NCBI GenBank assembly: GCA_018650445.1
Contig: JABIFX010000214.1
Span: forward strand, 2,174 to 66,173
Direction: 5' to 3'
DNA length: 64,000 bases
Origin: Fidelibacterota bacterium
GTDB lineage: Bacteria > Fidelibacterota > UBA8477 > JABMPR01
Both the position numbers and the translations under genes were made by a program. Positions 46,882 to 55,804 of the stretch are shown here, piece by piece. Each line of letters starts with the position of its first letter. Position 1 is the stretch's first letter. The notes under the pieces are model-generated. The model made no database searches. It was not told where the DNA came from and worked only from the letters and a program-made list of their open reading frames with translations.

Positions 46882-47904
46882 TTAATAAAGAACATCCTCA
46901 AAGCGCTCAACGGCGTCCAGAACTTTGCCGGTGCCTTGAACGATGGAAAGCAATGGATATTCAGCCACGTTTACAGGAAGATCAACTTCCAGACGCATTC
47001 TTTTGTCAAACCCTTGTAGAAGCGCTCCACCGCCTGTGAGAATGATACCACGGTCCAGGAGATCGGAACTTAGCTCCGGAGGTGTTCGTTCCAGGCACAT
47101 TTTCACTGCATCTACAATAAGATCTATGGTATCTCTTAAAGCGTCTCTGATTTCTGAGGATGATACCTCGATGGTTTTGGGGATACCGGCGATCATGTTC
47201 CGGCCTTTGACTGACAACTTGTAATCAGTGCCCTGAAGAGCTGAGCCAACATTCATTTTTATACTCTCAGCGGTTCTTTCTCCAATGAGTAGATTGTGAT
47301 CGCGTTTGAAATGTTGAATTATGGCTTCATCCATTTCATCCCCGGCAACTCTAAGTGATTCTTTGGTCACAATTCCATTCAAAGCAATAATGGCGATTTC
47401 TGTCGTTCCACCACCAATATCCACAATCATGTTACCAACGGGTTCGCTAATATCAATTCCGATACCAATAGCTGCGGCCACAGGTTCTTCTATTAGAAAC
47501 ACTTCGCGGGCATTACGTCTTTCAGCAGATTCTTTTACTGCCCTTTTTTCCACTTCAGTAATACCTGAGGGAACGCAGATGATCATACGAGGACGAGCTA
47601 ATTTTGAAATGGGTAGTTTATTTAGAAAACCTTGTAGCATACTGTCCGCCATTTCAAAGTCTGCAATAACACCGTCTCGCAATGGGCGGATTGTTTCAAT
47701 CTCCTGGTGAACCTTACCAACCATACGCTTGGCTTCGTTTCCTACTGCAATGACTCTTGAGGTGGATTTTGATTTTGCTACAATAGAGGGTTCATTTAAA
47801 ACAATACCCTGACCACGAACGTAGATAAGTGTATTTGCCGTTCCAAGGTCAACTGCGATGTCTACGCCCATCCAGTTTCGGAAATTTGAAAATTTTGTAG
47901 CCAT
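46882..47904 (-). CDS. mreB: Actin-like rod shape-determining protein MreB
   Basis: DIAVDLGTANTLIYVRGQGIVLNEPSIVA and DIGGGTTEIAIIAL motifs; 340 aa. Confidence 0.95.
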   Translation of the reverse strand: MATKFSNFRNWMGVDIAVDLGTANTLIYVRGQGIVLNEPSIVAKSKSTSRVIAVGNEAKRMVGKVHQEIETIRPLRDGVIADFEMADSMLQGFLNKLPISKLARPRMIICVPSGITEVEKRAVKESAERRNAREVFLIEEPVAAAIGIGIDISEPVGNMIVDIGGGTTEIAIIALNGIVTKESLRVAGDEMDEAIIQHFKRDHNLLIGERTAESIKMNVGSALQGTDYKLSVKGRNMIAGIPKTIEVSSSEIRDALRDTIDLIVDAVKMCLERTPPELSSDLLDRGIILTGGGALLQGFDKRMRLEVDLPVNVAEYPLLSIVQGTGKVLDAVERFEDVLY

Positions 47905-48118
47905 CTACCCTCTCGTGCCTGAAAAGTGGTCTCAGGTCTATGAAAACAACACTTTATCTATTGCCCGAAAAACACTTTTTTTTGGGCAGTGCAAAATCTA
48001 TCAATTTTTGAGCCAATAGCACCCATTAATTGGCGTGTCAGGTCTTTATTTTAAGGGCTTAGAACGCAGGAGCTAAAGTAAGGCTTCTATGATCCATGAC
48101 AGAGATAGAGGGACTAAT

Positions 48119-49387
48119 TTAATATCTAAAACGCCAATCTCCCTGATCTAGATAAGTATGATCCAGTCTGTAGTCTCCGAACCCTGTCTCGTCTTTGAAA
48201 ACAAATTGCTTCCCGATGAGATAGTACTCCCACACTTGATATGGTTTTCGATCAAGTTCCAATGGACCACGTTGAATTTCATCGGGAGGACCAAATAGGA
48301 TATAGATCATGCCTCGATCTGTTTTCCAGCCTTCCTGCACGACTGTGAAAGCCTCCATGGAGAATGCCACCCGTCGATAATATTCTTCCATTAGTTCATT
48401 TTCTATCGTCCCGGGGGTTGGATCTAGGGCTGCCCAAAAGGCTTTGAAATTTTTAGTTTTCTCAAGTTCATTACCCTTCATCATTGCTTTTATCTGACGA
48501 TCACTGGTAAGATAGACAAGCTGTTTTATAGCGTCGTCCATATTATCAACCTCAAAGTTAACACCTCTGATTCTTACTCTGAAATTCGACTTAGTCATCA
48601 CCTGATTCCCCTTGAGGTCTTCAGCAGAAAGAAAAAGAGAGTAATTGGAATAATGCATATCAGTGAGTGGCACGACAAAATCGAGCAGTGAGTCTATTGG
48701 CCCAATATGATCCAGTAAGATTGTTTTGTTTACTTTAGTTTCATCTTTCACTTTCAATTCATAGTTGATCTTAAAAGGGTGATGGTCACCCAGTAATCGG
48801 GCTTTGAACCTAAGGGTGTCAATGATTTCATAAAAAGATTCATTCATGAGGAGCTTTGACCTGCCTTCGGCTCCATTATCCATAATGATGATATTGCCCA
48901 AGGACAATTCACCAGCATACATTTTTGATTGATCAACCCCATCACTGAGAACGGAGGATTTTTTGGTATATAGATCTGTGACACGAACATTGATGGTCAA
49001 TTCGGAGGCAGGTACCTTGAAAGTTTTGACTGAGGTAATAGTATTCGAATTACTGCGAGTATCTTTATACTCTGACAAGCGCAAGGTATCACTCCATATT
49101 GCTCCAGCTATCCGCTCTTTGTCCTTATCGGCAAGATTGACGGCAACTTCATATCTGGCAATAAATTCATCCCCAGTTCGAATAAACTGAAGTTCAGTAT
49201 ACGGAATTTTTACATGCACTGAGACCTGAATGTTTTCTTTGTCAACAAGAGGTTCAGACAGACCAATGAAGGAAAAATGGGGTAAGGTCAGATCATTTTC
49301 CCTGCTCATATTTTGCTCAGCACATCCCAGGAACAGAAATGCTGATATCAGGGTAGGAATTGCTATTCTCAATATAAATTTTTCCAC
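48119..49387 (-). CDS. GWxTD-domain lipoprotein
   Basis: The C-terminus FWAALDPTPGT...EEYYRRVAFSMEAF...EGWKTDRGMIYILFGPPDEI matches the GWxTD domain. GTG 49387 gives a lipoprotein signal peptide ending LFLGC, but the start is uncertain (track start 49423). Confidence 0.75.
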   Translation of the reverse strand: MEKFILRIAIPTLISAFLFLGCAEQNMSRENDLTLPHFSFIGLSEPLVDKENIQVSVHVKIPYTELQFIRTGDEFIARYEVAVNLADKDKERIAGAIWSDTLRLSEYKDTRSNSNTITSVKTFKVPASELTINVRVTDLYTKKSSVLSDGVDQSKMYAGELSLGNIIIMDNGAEGRSKLLMNESFYEIIDTLRFKARLLGDHHPFKINYELKVKDETKVNKTILLDHIGPIDSLLDFVVPLTDMHYSNYSLFLSAEDLKGNQVMTKSNFRVRIRGVNFEVDNMDDAIKQLVYLTSDRQIKAMMKGNELEKTKNFKAFWAALDPTPGTIENELMEEYYRRVAFSMEAFTVVQEGWKTDRGMIYILFGPPDEIQRGPLELDRKPYQVWEYYLIGKQFVFKDETGFGDYRLDHTYLDQGDWRFRY

Positions 49388-51024
49388 TTTATCCTCGTCA
49401 ATCCTAAGTTGGTGCCAACCCAAATATAGCCATCTCTCGTGATCAATTTAGTGACAAAATTACTGATCAATCCGTCACTAACCGTGTAATGTCGCCACGA
49501 TGATGATTTGGAAGTAAAGCAAAATAGTCCAATATCTGTTCCAATCCACACACTTTTCCCTGTAGATGCCAATCCTCTAGGTTTGAATGGAGTATTTGGT
49601 GATAGGTGGAAGGCGCCTTCTCCTGTGAGGAGATCTAAAACCATGAGTCCCCTGTGTGTAGTAGCCCATAATTTATCACCTACCATAACACTCTCATAAA
49701 TCGGATCTATTGCAGCGTCATCTGAAACTGGCAGGGTATTACCTGATGAATTAGCTTTTAGAGTAAATCCTAACGTTGCTTCATCATAAACGTACAGTCC
49801 ATAATAGGTTGAGAGATAAAATTGACCAGCATCATACTTTATATCAAAAACTGGCCAGTCAAGACCAATTGGGAACAGCGTTCGTAGAATCAAACCGGAT
49901 TCATGAAAAAGAAAGGCATTGCGTTCTGTCGCAACCATGAGATTGCCACCACTTCCTGCAGCAATGGAATAAATTCGTTTACTTGTCAAATCTTTTTTAG
50001 AAATCACTCGATCCCAGCCCCTATGGGTCAAGCTTCCACGAAATACACCACCTCGACCTGCAATCAGCAAATCGTTTGCTGATGCATCGATATCAGTGAT
50101 AAATGAATAGTCGAAGGCAATATCACGAATGGCCTCATCATATTCAAAAGCTGAACTATCCATATATGTCAAACCAGCCCGGCCGCCTATGACAAGTTTG
50201 TCATTAAAGATATCCATAGCCATGATGTCTGGTGATAATAGTCCATATGGTAAACTGGTAAATTCACCCCCAATAATATCTTGATGAAAGATGCCCATTC
50301 CGTAAGTACTCAGGAATGATTCACCTACAGCTTGTTCCCCTGTGAGGGATGAAACCTCTCCTGACGAATTTCTGGGATGACCATCCAGATGCAGCTTGCC
50401 TTCTGCATCAAATGATCCTGCCGCCACGGTCTGGACGGGTAGAGATTCGTAAATATCATTCAACCCACGAGAAATGGGATGAATCCATTCCACATTCTCC
50501 CACACTATATTCAGATCTTCGTTGGCACCCCACAATTCAAAGCTTGCGGCTGTTTTTGAAAATAGAGCTGAATACTTGCCACCCCCATCTGGAGAAGACG
50601 ATGACACGATGACATAGGCATCAGAAATCCCCAAATCATAGGTTCCTGAAAAATTGGGATCAACAGGTAATGGTACTCTTGACATCCAACCCGCCAGCTC
50701 ATCATAGACAAAGACATAATCCGGTGTCACAATCCAGACATCCTGTGTAAGTGCATTCTGCCATACCAGTAAAACTGGATATTGGCTTAATCCGTTACTC
50801 GCAGTGATGGGTTCAAGCCATTCACCTTTGTGATGGTTGTATACGATGACGCCATCTTCAACAGCAAAATAGACATTCCACGTGCTGTAAAAGCTGTGAT
50901 TGACATGCTTGCCAGCAGGAAAACTTACAAAAGTCCCTCTTTCGTAAACATGTTGTGCATTGGCACCCATAATCAGGGAACATATCAGCAGGGCGCGGAG
51001 AATCATAGATTGTGAACGAAGCAT
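49369..51024 (-). CDS. Secreted beta-propeller protein (two-component-regulator-propeller-like repeats)
   Basis: Signal peptide MLRSQSMILRALLICSLIMGANAQ. Repeated W/G-rich blades and a C-terminal VSDGLISNFVTKLITRDGYIWVGTNLGLTRI, typical of Reg_prop repeats. Confidence 0.55.
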   Translation of the reverse strand: MLRSQSMILRALLICSLIMGANAQHVYERGTFVSFPAGKHVNHSFYSTWNVYFAVEDGVIVYNHHKGEWLEPITASNGLSQYPVLLVWQNALTQDVWIVTPDYVFVYDELAGWMSRVPLPVDPNFSGTYDLGISDAYVIVSSSSPDGGGKYSALFSKTAASFELWGANEDLNIVWENVEWIHPISRGLNDIYESLPVQTVAAGSFDAEGKLHLDGHPRNSSGEVSSLTGEQAVGESFLSTYGMGIFHQDIIGGEFTSLPYGLLSPDIMAMDIFNDKLVIGGRAGLTYMDSSAFEYDEAIRDIAFDYSFITDIDASANDLLIAGRGGVFRGSLTHRGWDRVISKKDLTSKRIYSIAAGSGGNLMVATERNAFLFHESGLILRTLFPIGLDWPVFDIKYDAGQFYLSTYYGLYVYDEATLGFTLKANSSGNTLPVSDDAAIDPIYESVMVGDKLWATTHRGLMVLDLLTGEGAFHLSPNTPFKPRGLASTGKSVWIGTDIGLFCFTSKSSSWRHYTVSDGLISNFVTKLITRDGYIWVGTNLGLTRIKWKNLY

Positions 51025-51073
51025 ATTTTTTCCAGGAGATTAGATATCAGTATGTGAATGTCAACCGTGCCGG

Positions 51074-51706
51074 TTAATCAGATTCACTTAGATATATAGC
51101 AAGTATGGCATATGCTAATGCACCGAGACCAATAGACCCCAATGTAGCAACTGCCCAGAATATGCGGATAATGTTGGAATCTATATCAAAGTATTGACCT
51201 ATTCCACCGCATACGCCCGAAATCTTTCTATCTGATCGCGACTTGTAAAGCTTTTTACTGGGTGGAAATATCTCATCCATTGAAGGTTTGCTTGCGTCAC
51301 CTTCACCGCTGTTGAAATATAGATATAGACCTAGACCAATAATCAGTACTGGCCAGAGAACATGACCCATAGCCAGGGCTATTCCAGCAAATACGCCTGC
51401 AATAGGACCAACAATACCAAATAGTAACAGGATACCGGCAATGACCATGATAACACCCCAAAACCTATTTGAATACGTCTCAGGAGTCACATCTGGCTCT
51501 GGTTGAATTTCTTCATCTCCCAGATCGGGATTTTTGGGTATAATCAACATGGCGATGAGATAGGCCACAATTCCAGTGCCCCCAAATACTACCAGAACCA
51601 CCCACATAAGGCGGATGATAACCGGGTCTACATCGAAATATTCTCCTATGCCTCCACAGACACCTTCAAATACTTTATCTTTGTCGGATTTATATAATCT
51701 ATTCAT
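51074..51706 (-). CDS. Membrane protein with two PspC domains
   Basis: ATG 51706 follows the pcm stop. The two copies are LYKSDKDKVFEGVCGGIGEYFDVDPVIIRLMWVV and LYKSRSDRKISGVCGGIGQYFDIDSNIIRIFWAV. Confidence 0.8.
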   Translation of the reverse strand: MNRLYKSDKDKVFEGVCGGIGEYFDVDPVIIRLMWVVLVVFGGTGIVAYLIAMLIIPKNPDLGDEEIQPEPDVTPETYSNRFWGVIMVIAGILLLFGIVGPIAGVFAGIALAMGHVLWPVLIIGLGLYLYFNSGEGDASKPSMDEIFPPSKKLYKSRSDRKISGVCGGIGQYFDIDSNIIRIFWAVATLGSIGLGALAYAILAIYLSESD

Positions 51707-51713
51707 CTTATCC

Positions 51714-52391
51714 TCATTTCCCCTGCCTGTTTCTATCAATTTCTTGAACTGACCCCTGTACCAAGGGTACAAATCTTACGGGATCTTTTCTTTTCCTCAA
51801 AATATCGCTATCTTTTTTTGTGCAAATCCATACATATTGCTCTGCTTTTCCCTCTGGTGCAATCAGAATCCCACCCTCTTTCAAACTATCAAAGATATGT
51901 TCGGGTATCCTTGGAGGGCTGGCCCATAGAATGATACGATCATAAACTATTCCCTCCTGTAAATGTTCCCAGGCACTACCATGTATCAGATCAATATTGG
52001 GTAGTTCGAGCTGCTTAATAATAGCCTTCGAATCCTCAAGTAATTCTCCATATACTTCCATTGCAGTAACACGATGGCATAATTTTGACATAATTGCCGT
52101 GGCATACCCGCTACCACTCCCTATTTCAAGGACATGATGATTGGGCCGAAGGTCAAGATAGCTCAGCATGAGTGCAACAACATATGGCTGACTGATGGTC
52201 TGTCCTGATTTTATTGGGAGCGGTTGATCCCCATATGCATCACCTGGTAAAATGTGAGGAACAAACAGATGTCTAGGAATGTCTTTGAAAGCGTTCAGAA
52301 TAGCGGGATGAAGAATACCCCTTTTCATGAGCTGATCTGATACCATTTCGTGGAGGAGATCCTGTATGTCTCCATTCTCTGTATTTCCCAT
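51714..52391 (-). CDS. pcm: Protein-L-isoaspartate O-methyltransferase
   Basis: IPRHLFVP, TISQPYVVALM and VLEIGSGSGYATA motifs. The start is ambiguous between ATG 52391 and TTG 52418. Confidence 0.85.
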   Translation of the reverse strand: MGNTENGDIQDLLHEMVSDQLMKRGILHPAILNAFKDIPRHLFVPHILPGDAYGDQPLPIKSGQTISQPYVVALMLSYLDLRPNHHVLEIGSGSGYATAIMSKLCHRVTAMEVYGELLEDSKAIIKQLELPNIDLIHGSAWEHLQEGIVYDRIILWASPPRIPEHIFDSLKEGGILIAPEGKAEQYVWICTKKDSDILRKRKDPVRFVPLVQGSVQEIDRNRQGK

Positions 52392-52537
52392 AGTGGGTAA
52401 TTTAACCGTTTTCCCCAACCAAGCATTAACTTATCGAAAAACATTAATTTCTGGTCCGTGTTCAATTATATTTTGAGATATTTCCAACGCCAGGGACAAA
52501 GCAGGTTAGTACCATTTAATATGGGGAGATTTTACAC

Positions 52538-52834
52538 ATGGATATTGGGAAACAATTGAGACTCGTACGAGAAGCGCATCAGATGCTACAAAAAGATCTC
52601 GCTGCGAATGCTGGTTTAGATAAAAGCTATATCAGCAAACTTGAGCGCGGTTTAGCAGACCCAACCTTTTCGACCTTGTCGAAAATTTCAAAGGCTTACA
52701 ATCTCTCAGTAGCTCACATGCTAAATTACGGGAGTGAGGAAACATTCAGCCTAGATATCGATGCAGCCCTTGATGCCCTGAAGACGCTCAAATATAACAT
52801 GGTAAATGTTGAGATAAATATAAAGCCACTCTAA
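52538..52834 (+). CDS. XRE-family helix-turn-helix transcriptional regulator
   Basis: LRLVREAHQMLQKDLAANAGLDKSYISKLERGLADPTFSTLSKISKAY is an HTH_3 pattern. GGGGAG RBS is present. Confidence 0.8.
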   Translation: MDIGKQLRLVREAHQMLQKDLAANAGLDKSYISKLERGLADPTFSTLSKISKAYNLSVAHMLNYGSEETFSLDIDAALDALKTLKYNMVNVEINIKPL

Positions 52835-52936
52835 AAAGAAGAGACAAGCTACCGAAGTAGATGGTTATTTAAATATCCGAAATGACCATTTTTTTAGTAA
52901 TCAACTCTGAAGGAGATAATTAGAGGGAAAAATAGT

Positions 52937-52964
52937 TTGCCCCGCCATTGGCGAGATTTATATT
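52937..52964 (+). promoter_or_regulatory. Possible sigma70-type promoter for tRNA-Gly
   Basis: TTGCCC-N16-TATATT lies about 40 nt upstream of the tRNA 5' end. It is pattern only, and FCB-type promoters may use different consensus elements. Confidence 0.3.
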
Positions 52965-53005
52965 CACGCCGCTTTTAAGCCATCCTTGATGGCATGACAG
53001 CTCAT

Positions 53006-53078
53006 GCGAGAGTAGCTCAGTTGGTAGAGCTCCACGTTGCCAACGTGGTTGTCGCCGGTTCGAGTCCGGTCTCTCGCT
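53006..53078 (+). tRNA. tRNA-Gly (anticodon GCC)
   Basis: Cloverleaf read by eye. Acceptor GCGAGAG/CTCTCGC. D-arm GCTC-AGTTGGTA-GAGC. Anticodon arm CCACG-TTGCCAA-CGTGG. T-arm GCCGG-TTCGAGT-CCGGT. Discriminator is T. CCA is not encoded. Confidence 0.9.
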
Positions 53079-53081
53079 CAC

Positions 53082-53118
53082 AAAAAAAAGAGGCTGAAAT
53101 ATTCAGCCTCTTTTTTTT
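53082..53118. terminator. Bidirectional rho-independent terminator (tRNA-Gly on plus, lipoprotein gene on minus)
   Basis: A8-GAGGCTGAA-ATA-TTCAGCCTC-T8. Confidence 0.85.
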
Positions 53119-53137
53119 GGTCAATTTTAATTACTTG

Positions 53138-54286
53138 TTAGTGCCTTTTGACTTTATCCTTTTTAGTTTTCTCTTTTTCTTTAGGCATGTAATCTTTTAC
53201 TATGAGCGCAACCTCAGGAGTATCCTCGATTTTTTCATTTAATGCAATCGGTTCAAGATAATAGCTATTCTTCAGTTTCTTGATTAGATCTATATTGGTT
53301 TTACGCTCATCGCGAAGTCGGGTGATTAGCTTTAATCTATTTTCATCTTTGGCGAAATGTTCTTCCAAGGTCATACCCTCTTCAAGCCCTTTTGACATGG
53401 CCTTGAGGCGATTATCTGTAAATTTGATGCGCGTGTATTGTGAGCTCACATTCTTCATTTGACTTACATCATCAACATTCCTGATCTTCAATACACCGGC
53501 ATACTTACCTTGTTTACCGATCCGAATGATGGTAGTACCATCCTGCTGTTTAGGAATTCGTTGAAGGGATCCAGACTTAGACCGGATGAGAAAATCGATG
53601 CCTTTAACCTTTGCAATCAAAGCCGTTTCTAATTTATCATCCGCATTGGCCATTAAAAAAACCAGATCAACTTTGTCCTTAATTTCATCAATTGCTTTTT
53701 GAGCAGCTTCAATTGGATCTGAAAAAGCAAATTCCTGTACTCGTTTATCCCCCTTCGTGACCCCGACAAATCCAAGAGTCTGGTCATGGGTTTTAACAAT
53801 TGTATAGGGTTCGAACAGAAATTTATCCGTGCTGGCATCTTTTGTATTTGCTGATATAAAGGGAAAATTGGCTGTATTCTTCATTTCCAATATAAAGTCA
53901 AGACCTGCAGCGAGATCATTGGTACCCACATTCATGACCTGACATTCCATCACATTGTAGGCTGCAATGATTGCCTGGGCTACCTCTTTTAAGTGAACAC
54001 GCTGTGCTTCTGCAATATATGGGTATTTGAACAATGCATCTCCAGCATCAACAAGGTAAGTTGCCTCTTTTTCTGCAAGTCCCTTAATTATCGTATGCTT
54101 CCTGGCAAGACCGCCAAGTGGATTAGATCGTCAGCCGCAGGGACCTACTTCCCCATCATTGCTGGCTGCAACCATGAGGGTGAACTCATTTGGATTATAT
54201 TTGGGAGTTGTCTCACTTTTACATCCCACTGCCACCAGGACAATGAGCAGGAGCATCAATCCTGAACGTTTAAGAAGTAACTTCAT
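53138..54286 (-). CDS. Lipoprotein, degenerate 5'-nucleotidase/metallophosphoesterase-like; one in-frame TGA (54131-54133) = candidate selenocysteine codon, otherwise a pseudogene
   Basis: ATG 54286 lies 13 nt after the pepP stop. It gives MKLLLKRSGLMLLLIVLVAVGC (lipobox) and continues to ...FTLMVAASNDGEVGPCG-TGA-RSNPLGGLARKHTIIKGLAEKEATYLVDAGDALFKYPY... The reading frame then runs unchanged into track ORF 53138..54034, whose start is an internal TTG. GGLAR and DAGD parallel the CD73/UshA N-domain (GGVARL, LLLDAGD). Confidence 0.55.
54101..54118 (-). promoter_or_regulatory. Hairpin 12 nt downstream of the in-frame UGA (candidate minimal SECIS)
   Basis: The mRNA reads UGA-CGAUCUAAUCCA-CUUGGC-GGUCUU-GCCAGG. 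It forms a 6-bp stem (one G:U) with a GGU-containing 6-nt loop. This is modest support only. Confidence 0.3.
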
Positions 54287-54299
54287 TATTTTTCCTGAT

Positions 54300-55607
54300 T
54301 CAACCTTTATTCATAAGTGCTTCAATTTCAGATATCTCTTTAGGAACAGCAGCTGTGAGGTTTTTGTTCCCCGATTCAGTAATGACAATATCGTCCTCTA
54401 TTCGTATCCCAATACCGCGGAATTTTTCAGGCGCTTTGGATTTTGAATTGACATAAATACCAGGTTCCACGGTAAATGTCATACCGGGTTTAAGCACGAT
54501 GGATTCACCATCAGCCATATAGTTACCCATATCATGTACATCCAATCCCAACCAATGACCGGTTTTATGCATGAAATAGTCTTGATAACTCTCATTTTGA
54601 ATAACTTCGTCAGCAGTGCCCTTTAACAATCCAATCTCTATCATCCCCTCAACAAGAAGCCTTAAATCGATATCATGGAGTTCCTGAAAGGTGACCCCTG
54701 GTTTTGAAGCTTCGATGACTGCCTTCTGGGCTTTAAGAACTACTTCGTAGATGGCCTTCTGGGATTCAGAAAAATGGCCATTTGCAGGAAAGGTTCTGGT
54801 TATGTCTGCAGCATACATATCGTATTCGGCTGCTGCATCAATGAGTATCATGTCACCATCAACTATTTGGTCACGATTTTTGATGTAATGCAGGACGGTG
54901 GCATTGTCCCCAGCCCCGACGATTGATGTATAGGCAGGACCTGAACTCCCTTCATGGACAAAATGACTCTCAAGCACAGCCTGGAGTTGATACTCATACA
55001 TACCTGGTGAACAGGCCTGCATGGCTTTTGAGTGAGCGTCAGCAGAGATATCTGCAGCTTTTTGCATAAGCTCCAACTCATGCTCATCCTTGATTAGTCG
55101 CATACTATGAGTGAGAGAACCCACAGATTCGAGACCCACTGGTCCTCCCCCGGTCCTTTGCACTTCTTTGCGCACCTGCCCAACATGGTCAAGCATTTTG
55201 TACTGGTGAACCTTATCATGATTCAGGTTAGTATATACTTTTGACGACGTCTTCATGGCAGCTAGTGCGGCTGCTTGGAATTCGGCAATATCCAGTGCCT
55301 GATCAGCGTTATACTTTGCAACCGTATCTTCAAAACTGAGTCTCCAACCGGTCCATACTTCCTTTTTAGGGTCCTGGGGAAGCACAAATAGAGTGAACGG
55401 ATTTTCCTTATTGTTGGGATCGATAATGCAAGCAGATCCAGGTTCAGTATATCCCGTGAGATAAAAGAAGTCCGAATCCTGTCTGTAGGGGTATTCGGTA
55501 TCATTTGTACGAATTTGCTCAGGTGCCCCTTTCAGAATAGCAACACCCTTCCCCATAAGATTTATCAAGTTTTGTCGGCGTTTATTATAAATATTGCTGT
55601 TAACCAT
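54300..55607 (-). CDS. pepP: Xaa-Pro aminopeptidase (M24B)
   Basis: N-terminal creatinase-like domain plus the M24 metal ligands (DAAAEYDMYAADITRT, HKTGHWLGLDVHD, VEPGIY, IRIEDD). Confidence 0.9.
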   Translation of the reverse strand: MVNSNIYNKRRQNLINLMGKGVAILKGAPEQIRTNDTEYPYRQDSDFFYLTGYTEPGSACIIDPNNKENPFTLFVLPQDPKKEVWTGWRLSFEDTVAKYNADQALDIAEFQAAALAAMKTSSKVYTNLNHDKVHQYKMLDHVGQVRKEVQRTGGGPVGLESVGSLTHSMRLIKDEHELELMQKAADISADAHSKAMQACSPGMYEYQLQAVLESHFVHEGSSGPAYTSIVGAGDNATVLHYIKNRDQIVDGDMILIDAAAEYDMYAADITRTFPANGHFSESQKAIYEVVLKAQKAVIEASKPGVTFQELHDIDLRLLVEGMIEIGLLKGTADEVIQNESYQDYFMHKTGHWLGLDVHDMGNYMADGESIVLKPGMTFTVEPGIYVNSKSKAPEKFRGIGIRIEDDIVITESGNKNLTAAVPKEISEIEALMNKG

Positions 55608-55804
55608 ATTATTTCAATGCTCCTATTATAAGACGATGAAAATAAATTGAGTGACCCCCGTGAACAAGGTACAACTTTATCGATTCTTGATTCCCAATGT
55701 GACGGTTTTCAGGTTTATAGCTTGGCTATTCCAATTGGTTTCACCCATGCTCCTCTTTAGATTGAATAGTAATGAACACACCAATCGAAGGAATTTTCAC
55801 ATAA

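Noticed and set aside
47905-48118. Hairpins in the 214-bp region upstream of mreB (TGCCC-A8GTGT5-CGGGCA and CCTGA-N9-TCAGG) as a terminator or ncRNA
   Set aside because: The stems are short or A:U-rich, no T-run follows on the transcribed strand, and I recognise no RNA family signature.
54131-54133. Genome-wide TGA reassignment (code 4/25-like) as the explanation for the in-frame TGA
   Set aside because: TGA terminates well-defined genes in this window at their expected lengths (glgA, ispG, comM). No other conserved gene shows an internal TGA.
53993-54446. Plus-strand ORFs 53993..54265 and 54159..54446
   Set aside because: They lie antisense to the 5' part of the TGA-containing lipoprotein gene and to the pepP 3' end. 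Their composition is low-complexity or odd, they have no RBS, and the minus-strand reading is far more coherent.
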